From Vulcanimicrobiota bacterium (GTDB lineage: Bacteria > Vulcanimicrobiota > Vulcanimicrobiia > Vulcanimicrobiales > Vulcanimicrobiaceae), in NCBI GenBank assembly GCA_963714015.1, contig OY970223.1:608001-672000 (forward strand): a stretch of DNA of 64,000 nucleotides. Reading direction: 5' to 3'. Numbering within the stretch: position 1 is the first letter of the stretch; each line of letters opens with the position of its first letter. Below are positions 48,800 to 58,965 of the stretch, piece by piece. The notes below the pieces were generated by a model. The model made no database searches, had not been told where the DNA came from, and worked only from the letters and a program-made list of their open reading frames with translations. Made by a program: the position numbers and the translations under genes.

Positions 48800-50852
48800 G
48801 TGATGTTTCGCCGTATTATCCCCATCGCCGCCATCATTGCATTGATTGGTGCCATATGCCCGTCACCCGCGCTCGCGGTGTCGACTCAGACCGAAATCGA
48901 GATGGGCCGCGCGTACGATCAGCAGATCGTCGAAAGCAGCGTGGTTGAGACGGATCCGCTGCTCAATCAATGGGTGCAGAGCGTCGCAAGCAAACTGTGG
49001 GCCGAAACGGCACGCAAAGACGTACCGTACAACGTCAAGATACTCAAAGCCGCCGACATCAACGCGTTCTCGACGCTGGGAGGCTACGTGTACGTCGACT
49101 CGCCGCTGCTCGATTTCGTTCAGTCGGACGACGAGCTCGCAGGCGTGCTGGGCCACGAAACCGGCCACATCGAGCGGCGACACGTTCTGACCACGCAGAC
49201 CAAGGCGAACATTCTCAACATCTTGTTCGGCATCGCTTCATTGTTCTCGCCGTTCATTTACAACTTCGGCAACCTCATTGAAGCGGGCGCGATCTCGAAA
49301 ATTCAGCGCACCGACGAGCTGCAGGCCGACCAATACGGCCTGCTGCTGATGTCACGAGCAGGCTACGATCCGGAAGCGATGCTCTCGATGCAGCAGCATC
49401 TGGGAGCGCTCGAAGGCGAGCACAACGACCTCGTAACCAAGTACTTCGAGGATCACCCCGGATCGTCGGCGCGCGTCGCGCATTTGCTCGGGTATCCCGA
49501 ACTCGATCCGACCAAAACCACACCGCAGGAGCGCTTGGTTTGGGCTCTGCACGATCTGGACGAGTGCCGCTACAACATCGCCGGCATGGAACTGCACCAA
49601 ATTCTGCAGACCGATCCGCATAATCAGCAAGCCCTGCTCGCACTCGGGCAATCGCAGCTGGCTCTCGGCTTGACGAGTAAGAGCGAGCAAACGCTGGGAG
49701 AACTTACGACGAGCGCCTCTCCGCAAGTCAAGGCGGCGGCTCACGAAAAGATCGAAGCTCTGCGCGAGATGGAAGTCCGGCGCGTCGATTTGACGCGGCC
49801 CAATCTGACGGATCTGCGTACGCGCCTCGCGCAAGCGCAGACTGTGCAAGAACAGGCGGTCGCGCAAGTCGGATCGCGGCACGACGAGGGCCATAGCCAG
49901 CTCGAAATCGATTCAGTCGCGCCTCGATACGATTACGTACGAGATTCCCGATTTCAGCCGCATTCAAGTCAAGCCCGGTTCGCGTCTGGAAGCGGTCGAG
50001 AAAAATCTCAACGGCATGGCGCGCTCGGTGAACAGCGCACTGGAAGATGCAGGAGAGGCGATCGACCAAGTCGGCTCAGTCGACACCAAGACGAACAAAC
50101 CAACGGGATTGCTCAAAGAGAACGAGCTGATCCTCTCGGAGATGCAGGATCCGCTGAACAACAATCCCATTCCGTCCGACTCGATCGCGACGTTCCCGTC
50201 TTATCCGGACATGCTCGGCGAACTATCTAACGCCGACAGCGACATGGTTCGCTCGGTCGACGCCGGACGCGCCGCAGCGATGCAGCTCGACGTCGCGCTC
50301 GGCGATCTGGATGCGTTCATCAAGCGGCTGCAGCAAGTGCAGCTGAGCTACTTCGGCGACATCGGGGAGATCGACTATCAGGGCCTGGTTCCGTACATGC
50401 AGAAGGCCGAGGGCTCGCTCGGAGAGGCCGCAGTCTCCGCGTCACAAGCGGATCAGCTCTACAACATGGCACGCGCGCGGCAGTTCGCTGCCCGGATTAC
50501 GCTGCTGGGACTGGGAACGTCGCCGCAGCGTTACCAAACGCTTCAGAATGCGATTAACACGCGCTGGAACGTCGACGACTTGAGCTACATCGACATGCTG
50601 CACGACAACGTTTCCCCGGGCGAGCTCACGGCGGCATCGATCGTTGCGGCCGACACGCACACCACGCCTCAAACCATCATCAAAGAAGCCCACGACAGCC
50701 AGCGCAGCATCGTCGACGTCGCCAACGCGCGCGGCATGCACGCGCAGGCGCTCGAAGTGTTCCTGCACCTCATTTACATGGACTACACGGACGACCCGCA
50801 GAAGGAGGCCCACCCCACCGGTCCGCAGATCGGGCAACAATCCGACGCCTAG
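48800..50852 (+). CDS. M48 family metallopeptidase with TPR and helical extension; apparent +1 frameshift near 49904
   Basis: Signal peptide, INAFSTLGG, DELAGVLGHETGH (HExxH), ELQADQYG, DHP. Continues KSIQSRLDTITYEIPD into ORF 50016..50852. Confidence 0.85.
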
Positions 50853-50869
50853 CGGGTATGTAGTCGTGT

Positions 50870-51850
50870 ATGGCTACCGCTAGCGCCGAACTCCTCAGGC
50901 TGGTCCGCAAAGGCATAAACGTCAAAACGGTTCACGCGAGCACGCGCAAACCGTTCCGCTTCTACCTGTGCGGCGACCCCGCGTTGATTGCGGAGATGCG
51001 GGGTTTCCTGCTCTCCGGGAGCGATGAAACCGTGCCCCCCGACGCCCCCGGGTGTTTGGAGACGCTGAGCCCCGGAACGATTCCGCCTGCAGACGCGAGC
51101 GAAGCGCGCCTGGTGATTTTCATGGGGAGGCGCGGAGACGCCGCGGCCGGCGTGAATGCGCTGCGCGGGGTTCGGCTGCCGGTCTTTGCGGTGACGGTCG
51201 ACGAGACCGCGGCTGCATCGGGGCCGCCTTCGGCGCCGGCGGGCGACTCCTTCGCTGAGTACGTCGTGCCGCAGATCTCGCGCGAAGCAATGCGCGGCCG
51301 CCTTCTGCCGCACATCGTGGACACGTGTAAAGGCGTGGAGATCGCGGTCGGGCGCCGGCTGCCCGCGATGCGCGAGTTCGTTGCGGCCAAGCTTACACGG
51401 GACGCAGCCAACAATGCGCTCAAGATCGCGCTCGCCAGTGCGGTCGTGGATCACATTCCCCTGGTCGGTCTAGTCGTCGGCCTGTTCGCTTCCGCAGGCG
51501 ACATGGTCGCCATCACCGGCATCCAAATGATGCTGATGCTGCACATCGAGGCGACGTATGGAAAGGACCCGGACGTGCAGCGCATGTGGCAGCTGCTTCC
51601 GGTCATCGGCGGCGGTTTCGGCTGGCGTTCGCTCGCGCGCGAACTTTCCGGGTTCATTCCCGTTGCGGGAATTGCGATAAAAGGCGCGATTGCATATGCC
51701 GGCACAATCGTCGTCGGCGAAGGCGTGACCTTCTACTACCAGCAAGGCCGCCACATGAGCACCGCGGACGCGAAGATGCTCTACGAATCCACGAAGAACG
51801 AAGCGCTCACGTTCGCGCGCGATCTGCTCAAACGCATCGCCAAGCGCTGA
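50870..51850 (+). CDS. Conserved hypothetical membrane-associated protein (DUF697-like C-terminus)
   Basis: IPLVG...GDMVAITGIQ...GGGFGWRSLARELSGFIPVAGIAIKGAIAYAGT. Confidence 0.7.
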   Translation: MATASAELLRLVRKGINVKTVHASTRKPFRFYLCGDPALIAEMRGFLLSGSDETVPPDAPGCLETLSPGTIPPADASEARLVIFMGRRGDAAAGVNALRGVRLPVFAVTVDETAAASGPPSAPAGDSFAEYVVPQISREAMRGRLLPHIVDTCKGVEIAVGRRLPAMREFVAAKLTRDAANNALKIALASAVVDHIPLVGLVVGLFASAGDMVAITGIQMMLMLHIEATYGKDPDVQRMWQLLPVIGGGFGWRSLARELSGFIPVAGIAIKGAIAYAGTIVVGEGVTFYYQQGRHMSTADAKMLYESTKNEALTFARDLLKRIAKR

Positions 51851-51859
51851 CGCCGGCGC

Positions 51860-52663
51860 TCAACCGAGCGACGCTTCGCGGCGGTACTGCGAGGGCGTCA
51901 TTCCGGTCGTACGTTTGAAGAAGCGCGCGAAGTATCCCTGATCGGTAAAACCGGCGCTGAGAGCCACTTCTTGTATCGGCAGACGGCGGGAAGCCAGCAA
52001 ACGCCGGGCCTTCGCGAGCCGGCATTGCAAAAGATACGCATACGGCGTGCACCCGGTGATCGCTTTGAACTGACGCACGGAAGCAAACGGAGAGAGTCCC
52101 GTTACGGCGGCCATCTCTTGAAGTCCGATCTGTTCGCCTTGATGCTCTTCGATGAAGCGTTTGAGACGCTGCATGCGCACATACCCGGCGGTCCTCGATT
52201 CGTCCAACGAGTACCGCGACGCATAGTCGAACGCTTCGAAAATCGTCGACTCGAACCGGTCGTCTTCGCAGTCCGCGGCGCGCTGCAGCGGCCCGAGCAG
52301 ATAATAGGACGGCATGGTATCCCGTCCGAATATCCGCCGTTCCTCCGGATCGAGTGCGCCCGTGCGCAAACCGGCAATCAGGTTTATCTGCGTTTGCTGC
52401 TCCGAATGGACGCAGTCATAGGAGTCGCCCATACAGCCCAGCACTGCGGTCTGCGGATCGATCACGTGCTCGCCGTGCCTCCCCCGAAATCGCCATCTCC
52501 CGCGCAGCGTAACGTTGATGACGTGCGCGCCGAACGACTTGCCCCTTCCGGCACAATCGCGGATGCTCGAATCCGCGTACATCAGCACTGCAAGCGGCGT
52601 GACTCGAAGCGGACGCATGACGCAGCAGCCCGCGTCCGCTTCGATCTGTTCGGGACACTCCAT
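51860..52663 (-). CDS. AraC family transcriptional regulator
   Basis: MAAVTGLSPF...FKAITGCTP...VALSAGFTDQGYFARFFKRTTGMTPSQYR. Confidence 0.92.
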   Translation of the reverse strand: MECPEQIEADAGCCVMRPLRVTPLAVLMYADSSIRDCAGRGKSFGAHVINVTLRGRWRFRGRHGEHVIDPQTAVLGCMGDSYDCVHSEQQTQINLIAGLRTGALDPEERRIFGRDTMPSYYLLGPLQRAADCEDDRFESTIFEAFDYASRYSLDESRTAGYVRMQRLKRFIEEHQGEQIGLQEMAAVTGLSPFASVRQFKAITGCTPYAYLLQCRLAKARRLLASRRLPIQEVALSAGFTDQGYFARFFKRTTGMTPSQYRREASLG

Positions 52664-52699
52664 TCTGCCCGTATAACGCGGGCGGCGTGCGGCCAGTGA

Positions 52700-53008
52700 C
52701 TAAGGAATCTGGCTGCTGGGAATCACGAATTGATAGCCGCGGCCCGGAATCGCGCTAATGTGATGGACACCGGGTTCGTGTACTGCGAGCGCGCGCCGCA
52801 ACCGATAGACGCACTGGGTGAGCGCGGCATCGCTCACCTCACGCCTGCTCCAAACGCGGCGGATGATCTCTTCCTTGGTTACGAGGTGTCCGGAAGCCCG
52901 CGCTAAGATCACGAGTAGATCGAATTCCCTGGGACGCATCCGAACGATGGCTGCGCCGAATCGCAGCGTGCGTGACGGCACGTCCAATTCGAAACCGCCG
53001 AAGCGCAT
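52700..53008 (-). CDS. Stand-alone OmpR/CadC-type winged-helix DNA-binding protein
   Basis: FGGFELD...PREFDLLVIL...LVTKEEIIRRVW...LTQCVYRLRRAL...IPGRGYQF; ATG 53008 preferred over GTG 53122. Confidence 0.85.
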   Translation of the reverse strand: MRFGGFELDVPSRTLRFGAAIVRMRPREFDLLVILARASGHLVTKEEIIRRVWSRREVSDAALTQCVYRLRRALAVHEPGVHHISAIPGRGYQFVIPSSQIP

Positions 53009-53076
53009 GCTGCGGCCTTCCCGGGCCCAAGCGTCGTGGGCCTCTGGAAAATCTTGACCTTTCGCAAGGCGCGCCG

Positions 53077-53105
53077 GAGCGGAGGCGGCGACGCCGCCCC
53101 CGCTC
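53077..53105 (-). terminator. GC-rich stem-loop just downstream of the TonB-dependent receptor
   Basis: Minus strand GAGCGGGGGCGGC-GTC-GCCGCCTCCGCTC forms a 13-bp stem with one G-U pair; no U tract. Confidence 0.55.
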
Positions 53106-53123
53106 AATTTCGGCACGATCACG

Positions 53124-56100
53124 TTACAACCGGCGCTGCAGGTAGAACTGGATCGTGGTACCGGCTTGATACGGCACTTGGAACGGAGAATTGGACAACG
53201 TTCCCAAGTAGTCGTCGCGAACGCCGGCGAGATACGTCGGCGTTCCCGGATACGCAGTCGCGAGCGTCCCGCTCTGCGGCCCCGAAACGCCGGTGGCTAC
53301 GGGCTGGTACTGCTGGTTGGGATACCACAGACCGTAGTGGTTGTCGAAGACGTTACTGATGTACGCCCCCAACGTCCACGGCGTTCCCTGCGGCGAGTAC
53401 TCCAGATCCAAGTCCAACGTTCCGTGCGCCTTCGTCATCTCGCCGCCCGGAAGCGCGGGTTCGTTGTAACCGCGCGATGCGGCAATGTTCGGACTCAGAT
53501 AGTTTCCGGGATTTGCCGGATCGATGAAGTAGGATGCATTGTATGGATTGCCCGGCCCCTCGGGTCCGCCAAGCGGCGTTGCCGCGCCGAAGTTCGTCGC
53601 CGGAATCCAGGCATATTGTCCATTCACCGCTCCGTACGTCTGCGATCCGACGCCCGTCGGGAATCCGCCGTCGAATGCGAAGATTGGATTGATCTTCCAT
53701 CCGTTGGCGGTCTTGAACGAGAGGCCCAGACGCCCTTGCAGCGGCGGCAGGAACGCGCTGCGGTACAACTGGCCGCTGCCGAATTCATAACCGAACAGAA
53801 TCGGCAGCGTGTCGTTGGCGAAGTTCGTTCCGCCTTCACCGACGGGCGGCGAGGACGAGAACTCGCTGATGTAATTGAGGGTTAGGAATCCGCTCAGACC
53901 CGTGGGACGATCGGGCGAAGTCAGCATGAACTCCAGACCGGAGGTCTTTTCGACTCCGTTCGCGCGCGTTGCGAAAACGAGCGCGGATGTTTGGCCGGTA
54001 ATCGGATTCGGGGGCCCGTTTGCGATCAGCGTGTTTTCTTCGACGTTGTAGCCGCGCCGCGCAAACCCGGTCAGCTTCATGCCGAATCCGCTCAACGCGC
54101 CTCTGGCGAACTGATGCGACCATTGCAGATCCCAATTGTTGTACGTCGGAGGACCGTAGCCGCCCAAATCAGGCGCATCGAAGAATTGATCGCCCAGCCA
54201 GTAGAGCGAATCAGTGTAGTTGGGGCACTTGAACAGATATCCCGTTCCGCCGTTCGGCGGCGCGGGAGAGATCGGATTCGAATTGTTGTAGCCGCTGCCG
54301 CAACCCGGGTTTGCAGCGGCGTCCTTCGCCGGCATCGAATTAAAGAACGCCGGATAGTTCTCCAAGTCGAACGGCGTTCCGGCGGTTTGCGCGAAGAAGA
54401 AGTCCACCGAACGGCCGTACGAAAACCGCAGCGCGTCATCCGTTCCGAGCTGATACGAGGCTGCGAAACGCGGCTGAAGGATCCGCGGGCGCAGGAAGGT
54501 TCCGGTCAGCAAGGACGGCGAGACGTCCGAGGGGTTCGCGAGCGCTTGCGGGGAGCTGTTGAACGGGTTTTGTCCCCAATCCAAATTGTCGAGATCTTCG
54601 CGCACTCCGTAATCGAGATGCAGGCGCGAATTAACCGTGTATTGATCGCGCAAGCCGATTCCGGCTTCGTGGAAGATCGAGTGGTGGTAGTCGATGCCGA
54701 ACGTCGGAATGCGCGGCAGCGAGCCGTTCCACAGTCCGTTGGTCAGCATGTAGTTGTAGATGTAGCAACCGCCGCTCACGGGGCACGGATTGCCCGCGCT
54801 TACCGGCTGTCCGAGTGCGGGCGGCAGATACCAATCGCTAATCGCAGGCTCGTTCGGCAGACCGATCCCGAGCGCTTGAATCGATTGATACGTCGTCTCC
54901 TGGCTGAAGCGCGGCAGATCGTCTTCGTACCGGAAGGCCAGCGTCGTAGTGTGATTCTGGCCGAACTGATGGGTCAGATCGGCCTCGCCGGAGACGCGCT
55001 GTCCGCCGGTTTCCACGAGCGTCGGAACGAAGCTCCCGCTCGTATAGTTCGTGGCGCCGCTCAACTGGTACAGATTTGCCCAGTTGAGGTTGAGGAACGT
55101 CGTGGGATTCATGTTCCACGTGTATCCCACTTTGTTGAACGTGAGCGGCTGATACGTCACTTCCTCCGGAGTAGTTGGCGCGATGTCCGTTGAGGGCACG
55201 CCCGGCAAGAGCCACACATCGGACTGGTACTCCGGCAATCCACCGGGAAAGTACCCTTCCCACGCGATGTACGAGCGCGGGTTGTACGGATAGTATGCGG
55301 CCTGCGCGAGCCCGCCGTAATTTCCGTACTGCCGCTGATCCGACTCCCGCAGCAGCCACTGCAGCGACATGTCGTTGTTGTGCCCGAAGCGGAAGACGAG
55401 ATTGTTTTGGATGTCGTCGTGATCGGTACGGCTGACGCCGAAGTATTCACCGATCGTCGAGGCGTCCACGCCGAAGGGTGCGAATTTCGGAACGGCCCGC
55501 GAACCGTCGTACGAGAAGTAATCGCTGATGCGGTTGTTCGGCGTTGCCCAAGCGTAGCTCGCATCCAACTGATGGTCGAAGTACGGTTCGCCGGCGAGCG
55601 CGCTTACGAGTCCCGACGCCGGATAGGTTCCGCGCGGCGGAACGATGTTGATCACGCCTGCGCCGATGTTGCCTTGCGTTGCATCGCCGGATCCCGAGAC
55701 CACTTGCAGCGAGCCGCCGGAGCCGCCCGTGAGGTTGTTCAGGAATCCGCTGGATCCGTTGCCGTCGAAGAACGGCACCGTGAAGTTTACGCCGTCGTAC
55801 TGATAGCCCAGTTCGACGTTGAGCGAACCGCGGACGGTGACGTTGCCTTGAACGTCTTGCATCGCGCCCGGAGCCGCCAGGATGAGGTTCTGCTCGTTGT
55901 CGGAAGCGACGTTGCCGAGCGCCTCCGTGATGCGTTGACCGCTTATCGTCGTCACATCCTGTGTTTGCGTCGGCTGAAACGCACCGTTGCGCGCTCGGGA
56001 AACGACGTGCGCGATCGTCGCGTACTTAGCCAGCCGGATTACTCCGGTGCTGTCCGTCTCGTCGCCGAAGACCGCGACCCCGGGCTGCGAAACCGAGTCG

Positions 56101-56396
56101 TAGCCGGCTTTCGTGAACGATACGGTATACGTGTCGGCGGGGAGACCCAAAATGGAAAAATGGCCTCCCGCGTCCGTTCTCGCGTTGTAGGAACCCGAAG
56201 GTGAACGTGCGATGACAGCGACGTCAGCAAGCGGCTGGGACGTCGATGCATCGATAACTTGCCCGGACAGGTTGCCTTGAACGCCGCCCGCAGCGTATGC
56301 GGGAGCAGCGATCGAGAGTATACTGCCGAGCACGAGGGCGGCCGCAAGGCATAATGCCATAGGCCTCCCGCGGCCGAAGCCGATCTTTGAAGGCAT
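53124..56396 (-). CDS. TonB-dependent receptor-like outer membrane protein with an N-terminal carboxypeptidase regulatory-like domain
   Basis: GAGGAG RBS, signal peptide, GNLSGQVIDA...TDAGGHFSILGLPADTYTV, plug VRGS..GYQYDG..GVINIV, barrel motifs PRFAASY, LRFSYG, ISNVFD. Confidence 0.85.
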   Translation of the reverse strand: MPSKIGFGRGRPMALCLAAALVLGSILSIAAPAYAAGGVQGNLSGQVIDASTSQPLADVAVIARSPSGSYNARTDAGGHFSILGLPADTYTVSFTKAGYDSVSQPGVAVFGDETDSTGVIRLAKYATIAHVVSRARNGAFQPTQTQDVTTISGQRITEALGNVASDNEQNLILAAPGAMQDVQGNVTVRGSLNVELGYQYDGVNFTVPFFDGNGSSGFLNNLTGGSGGSLQVVSGSGDATQGNIGAGVINIVPPRGTYPASGLVSALAGEPYFDHQLDASYAWATPNNRISDYFSYDGSRAVPKFAPFGVDASTIGEYFGVSRTDHDDIQNNLVFRFGHNNDMSLQWLLRESDQRQYGNYGGLAQAAYYPYNPRSYIAWEGYFPGGLPEYQSDVWLLPGVPSTDIAPTTPEEVTYQPLTFNKVGYTWNMNPTTFLNLNWANLYQLSGATNYTSGSFVPTLVETGGQRVSGEADLTHQFGQNHTTTLAFRYEDDLPRFSQETTYQSIQALGIGLPNEPAISDWYLPPALGQPVSAGNPCPVSGGCYIYNYMLTNGLWNGSLPRIPTFGIDYHHSIFHEAGIGLRDQYTVNSRLHLDYGVREDLDNLDWGQNPFNSSPQALANPSDVSPSLLTGTFLRPRILQPRFAASYQLGTDDALRFSYGRSVDFFFAQTAGTPFDLENYPAFFNSMPAKDAAANPGCGSGYNNSNPISPAPPNGGTGYLFKCPNYTDSLYWLGDQFFDAPDLGGYGPPTYNNWDLQWSHQFARGALSGFGMKLTGFARRGYNVEENTLIANGPPNPITGQTSALVFATRANGVEKTSGLEFMLTSPDRPTGLSGFLTLNYISEFSSSPPVGEGGTNFANDTLPILFGYEFGSGQLYRSAFLPPLQGRLGLSFKTANGWKINPIFAFDGGFPTGVGSQTYGAVNGQYAWIPATNFGAATPLGGPEGPGNPYNASYFIDPANPGNYLSPNIAASRGYNEPALPGGEMTKAHGTLDLDLEYSPQGTPWTLGAYISNVFDNHYGLWYPNQQYQPVATGVSGPQSGTLATAYPGTPTYLAGVRDDYLGTLSNSPFQVPYQAGTTIQFYLQRRL

Positions 56397-56544
56397 AAAT
56401 GTACTCCTCAAAAGTAGACGGCGTCGCAGCCACGGCGTGCGGTGAACTCTATCCTTGTTACGAATTCGCGCGCGCTGCGGAAGTGCGCCGTTCATTAGAA
56501 CGCGCCGGAAGGTGCGCTCGTGATTCAGTATGCGGCCCGGCGCT

Positions 56545-56560
56545 CTAACATGTCCTAACA
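56545..56560. promoter_or_regulatory. Direct repeat CTAACA-N4-CTAACA, candidate winged-helix regulator site
   Basis: Two identical hexamers with 10-bp period in the intergenic region upstream of the receptor. Confidence 0.4.
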
Positions 56561-56643
56561 GGCCGGCGTTTGTATTGGGACGATATTGACGACGTGCGAA
56601 GAGTGCTTCGGTAAACGCCGGTTGCGTATGCTAGAATCGTCGC

Positions 56644-57114
56644 GTGAAAATCGTCATTGCGGCAGGGCTTGCCGGCGCGGCAGCGATCGACTTGTACTTG
56701 ACCGTCATTCATGCCGTCGTCTTGCACGATGCGAGCGCTCTTGCAGTGCAGCAGTGGGACGCCTCGAATGCGTTGGGTCCGGCGGCTTTTGCGCAGCCGG
56801 CTTCGGCGTGGCTCGGCTTTTGCATGCACGCGCTCGTAAGCATCGGGTGGGCGGCGATCTACGTCTTAGCGAGCGCGCGCCTTCCCGTACTGCGCGCCAA
56901 TTACTTGGTGTCGGGGACGATCTTGGGGATCGCCGCATTCTTAGTCATGCGCTACGCCGTGGTACCGCTGGGACACGCGCAATTAGGAGGCATCCACACC
57001 TTCGGCGCACTGATTAATCTGCTCGTCGCGCACACGATCTTCTTCGGCATACCGCTGGTCGCAACCGTCGACTGGATGCGCCGCACTGCGGCGAACGCCG
57101 TTACTGCGCGCTAA
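56644..57114 (+). CDS. Four-TM membrane protein
   Basis: Four hydrophobic helices with histidines (CMHALVS, VAHTIFFG); extended -10 TGCTAGAAT at 56629-56637. Confidence 0.75.
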   Translation: MKIVIAAGLAGAAAIDLYLTVIHAVVLHDASALAVQQWDASNALGPAAFAQPASAWLGFCMHALVSIGWAAIYVLASARLPVLRANYLVSGTILGIAAFLVMRYAVVPLGHAQLGGIHTFGALINLLVAHTIFFGIPLVATVDWMRRTAANAVTAR

Positions 57115-57832
57115 GGCGCACGAGCATCTCTTCGTCGTCGAGGCGCTGAAGATCCGACGTTACGCGCGATCGAACGAGATCCGCGATGCGCATCGCCAAC
57201 TGCGTCCGCACCGAAGGCGAGAGGCTCTTACGGCGAGCCACGAACTGCTCGATCAGCGCGTGTTCCCTTTCCGAGAGCAGCGGAGAACGGGGCACTTCCC
57301 CGGACTGGGCCAGCAGTGCTTCGAGTGAGTCAATGCGCGAATTCCGCACGACGACCGTCCCCGCCGCCATATCCCCGAGGCGTTTGTTTTCGGCCGAGAC
57401 GATGCACGCGACCGCGCTCATCGCGTAAAAGCCGAGCGTCGCTTCGCCGACGCGAATAAGATTGCGGATCGCGGAACTGGCAAAGTCGATCGGATATCCG
57501 CCGTCGCGCACGACCCGCAAACCAAGCAATTTTTTCCCAGGCGTTTGGCCGTTCCAAGACGCTTCGAAAGCGATGAAGTATCCGAAGAAGACGATAAAGA
57601 CGATGAACGCAAGAATCGCTTCCGCGACCGATTGACTCGCCTTCGATAGCGTGCCGGCCGGCAAGTGCACGGTTCCGGAGGCCGCCCATGAAATGCCCAG
57701 CAGAATCGCGGTTAGAATTGCAAGTTGAATGACGAAGTCCACGACCACCGCGAGAAACCGGCTCCCCAACCCCGCCAGATCGTACGAGAAGGCAATGCTT
57801 TCGGGGGTGTGCACGTTCAAACTGCGATCCAT
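57101..57832 (-). CDS. RDD family protein
   Basis: TPE...LAGLGSRFLAVVVD, GQTPGKKLLGLRVV, KRLGDMAAGTVVV. Confidence 0.92.
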   Translation of the reverse strand: MDRSLNVHTPESIAFSYDLAGLGSRFLAVVVDFVIQLAILTAILLGISWAASGTVHLPAGTLSKASQSVAEAILAFIVFIVFFGYFIAFEASWNGQTPGKKLLGLRVVRDGGYPIDFASSAIRNLIRVGEATLGFYAMSAVACIVSAENKRLGDMAAGTVVVRNSRIDSLEALLAQSGEVPRSPLLSEREHALIEQFVARRKSLSPSVRTQLAMRIADLVRSRVTSDLQRLDDEEMLVRLSAQ

Positions 57833-57894
57833 CGCGTTTTCTCTTCGGCCGTCAGCAGATGAAGCCCCGCGCATTCCGTCGAAGCAGCCGCGCC

Positions 57895-58965
57895 GTGGAT
57901 CAACGTACGTTCATACGCCGGCGTTCGAGCGCGTGGGAACGGCTCGAACTGCTGCTGGCGCGCACCGAGCGGCAAGGTCTGAGCAAGCTCGATGCGGCCG
58001 AGATGTTCGAAATGGGGCGTCTTTACCGTTGCGTTACGTCGGATTTGGCGTACGCACAAGGGCACAGCTTCGACGTCCGCACGCAGCAGTATCTGAACCG
58101 GTTGACGGCACGCGCTCACGCTTACGTCTACGGCGCCGGGGTTCAGGGCGGACGCGCCCGCATCGCGCGGTTCTTCTCGCATACGTTTCCTGCCGAGTTC
58201 CGCCGGTCTTGGCCATACATCGCTACGTGCATTGCATTGACGGTGCTTTGGGCTTGCGTTTCGTACGGCATCGTGCAACGCAATCCCGCGGATGCCACCG
58301 CGCTGCTCCCCGAATCCATGGTCCCCGCGCATATCACCAAGAGCCTGCATGACTCGAATTTCGGCTTTTCGTCCACGGACTCGGCGGCGATGTCGTCGTT
58401 CATCATCACGAACAACATCCGCGTCAGCGTCCTGGCCTTTGCGGCGGGAATCGTGACGCTCGGCGTCTTTACGATCTACGTGATAGTCTTGAACGCGCTG
58501 ATGCTCGGAGCTTTGGGTGCGCTGTACGCGCAAGCCGGATTCGGCCCCGATTTCTGGGCGACCATTGCACCGCACGGGGTCATCGAACTGACCGCGATTC
58601 AAATTGCGGGCGGCGCGGGACTGCTTATGGCTGCAGGCGTTCTGCTTCCGGGACGCATGCGGCGCAGAGAGGCAATCGTTCGCAACGGGAGGCGCGCGGG
58701 AATTCTGGCCGGCGGGGTCGTCGCGATGCTGTGCGTCGCGGGAACCATCGAGGGCTTTTTTTCGCCGCTCCGTTTTCCGGCGGACGTCCGTGCCGGCGTC
58801 GGAATCCTTACGGCGGCCTTGCTGGTCGCATACTTCGGCTTTGCCGGACGCGATCGGATCGGGCCGGGTGCGCTAAAGCAGAGCGCGCTGTTTGATGCGC
58901 AAGTAGCGGTCGATGAGCGCGGTGGTGAGATCGCCGGCCGGAACGTCGATCACCTGCACGCCTAA
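57895..58965 (+). CDS. Stage II sporulation protein M (DUF95) family membrane protein
   Basis: WERLE, LYRCVTSDL, IITNNIRV, IAPHGVIEL, AGTIEGF. Confidence 0.9.
   Translation: MDQRTFIRRRSSAWERLELLLARTERQGLSKLDAAEMFEMGRLYRCVTSDLAYAQGHSFDVRTQQYLNRLTARAHAYVYGAGVQGGRARIARFFSHTFPAEFRRSWPYIATCIALTVLWACVSYGIVQRNPADATALLPESMVPAHITKSLHDSNFGFSSTDSAAMSSFIITNNIRVSVLAFAAGIVTLGVFTIYVIVLNALMLGALGALYAQAGFGPDFWATIAPHGVIELTAIQIAGGAGLLMAAGVLLPGRMRRREAIVRNGRRAGILAGGVVAMLCVAGTIEGFFSPLRFPADVRAGVGILTAALLVAYFGFAGRDRIGPGALKQSALFDAQVAVDERGGEIAGRNVDHLHA

Noticed and set aside
56397..56643. Cobalamin or other riboswitch upstream of the TonB-dependent receptor
   Set aside because: No recognisable conserved riboswitch motifs by eye; an Rfam scan would be needed.
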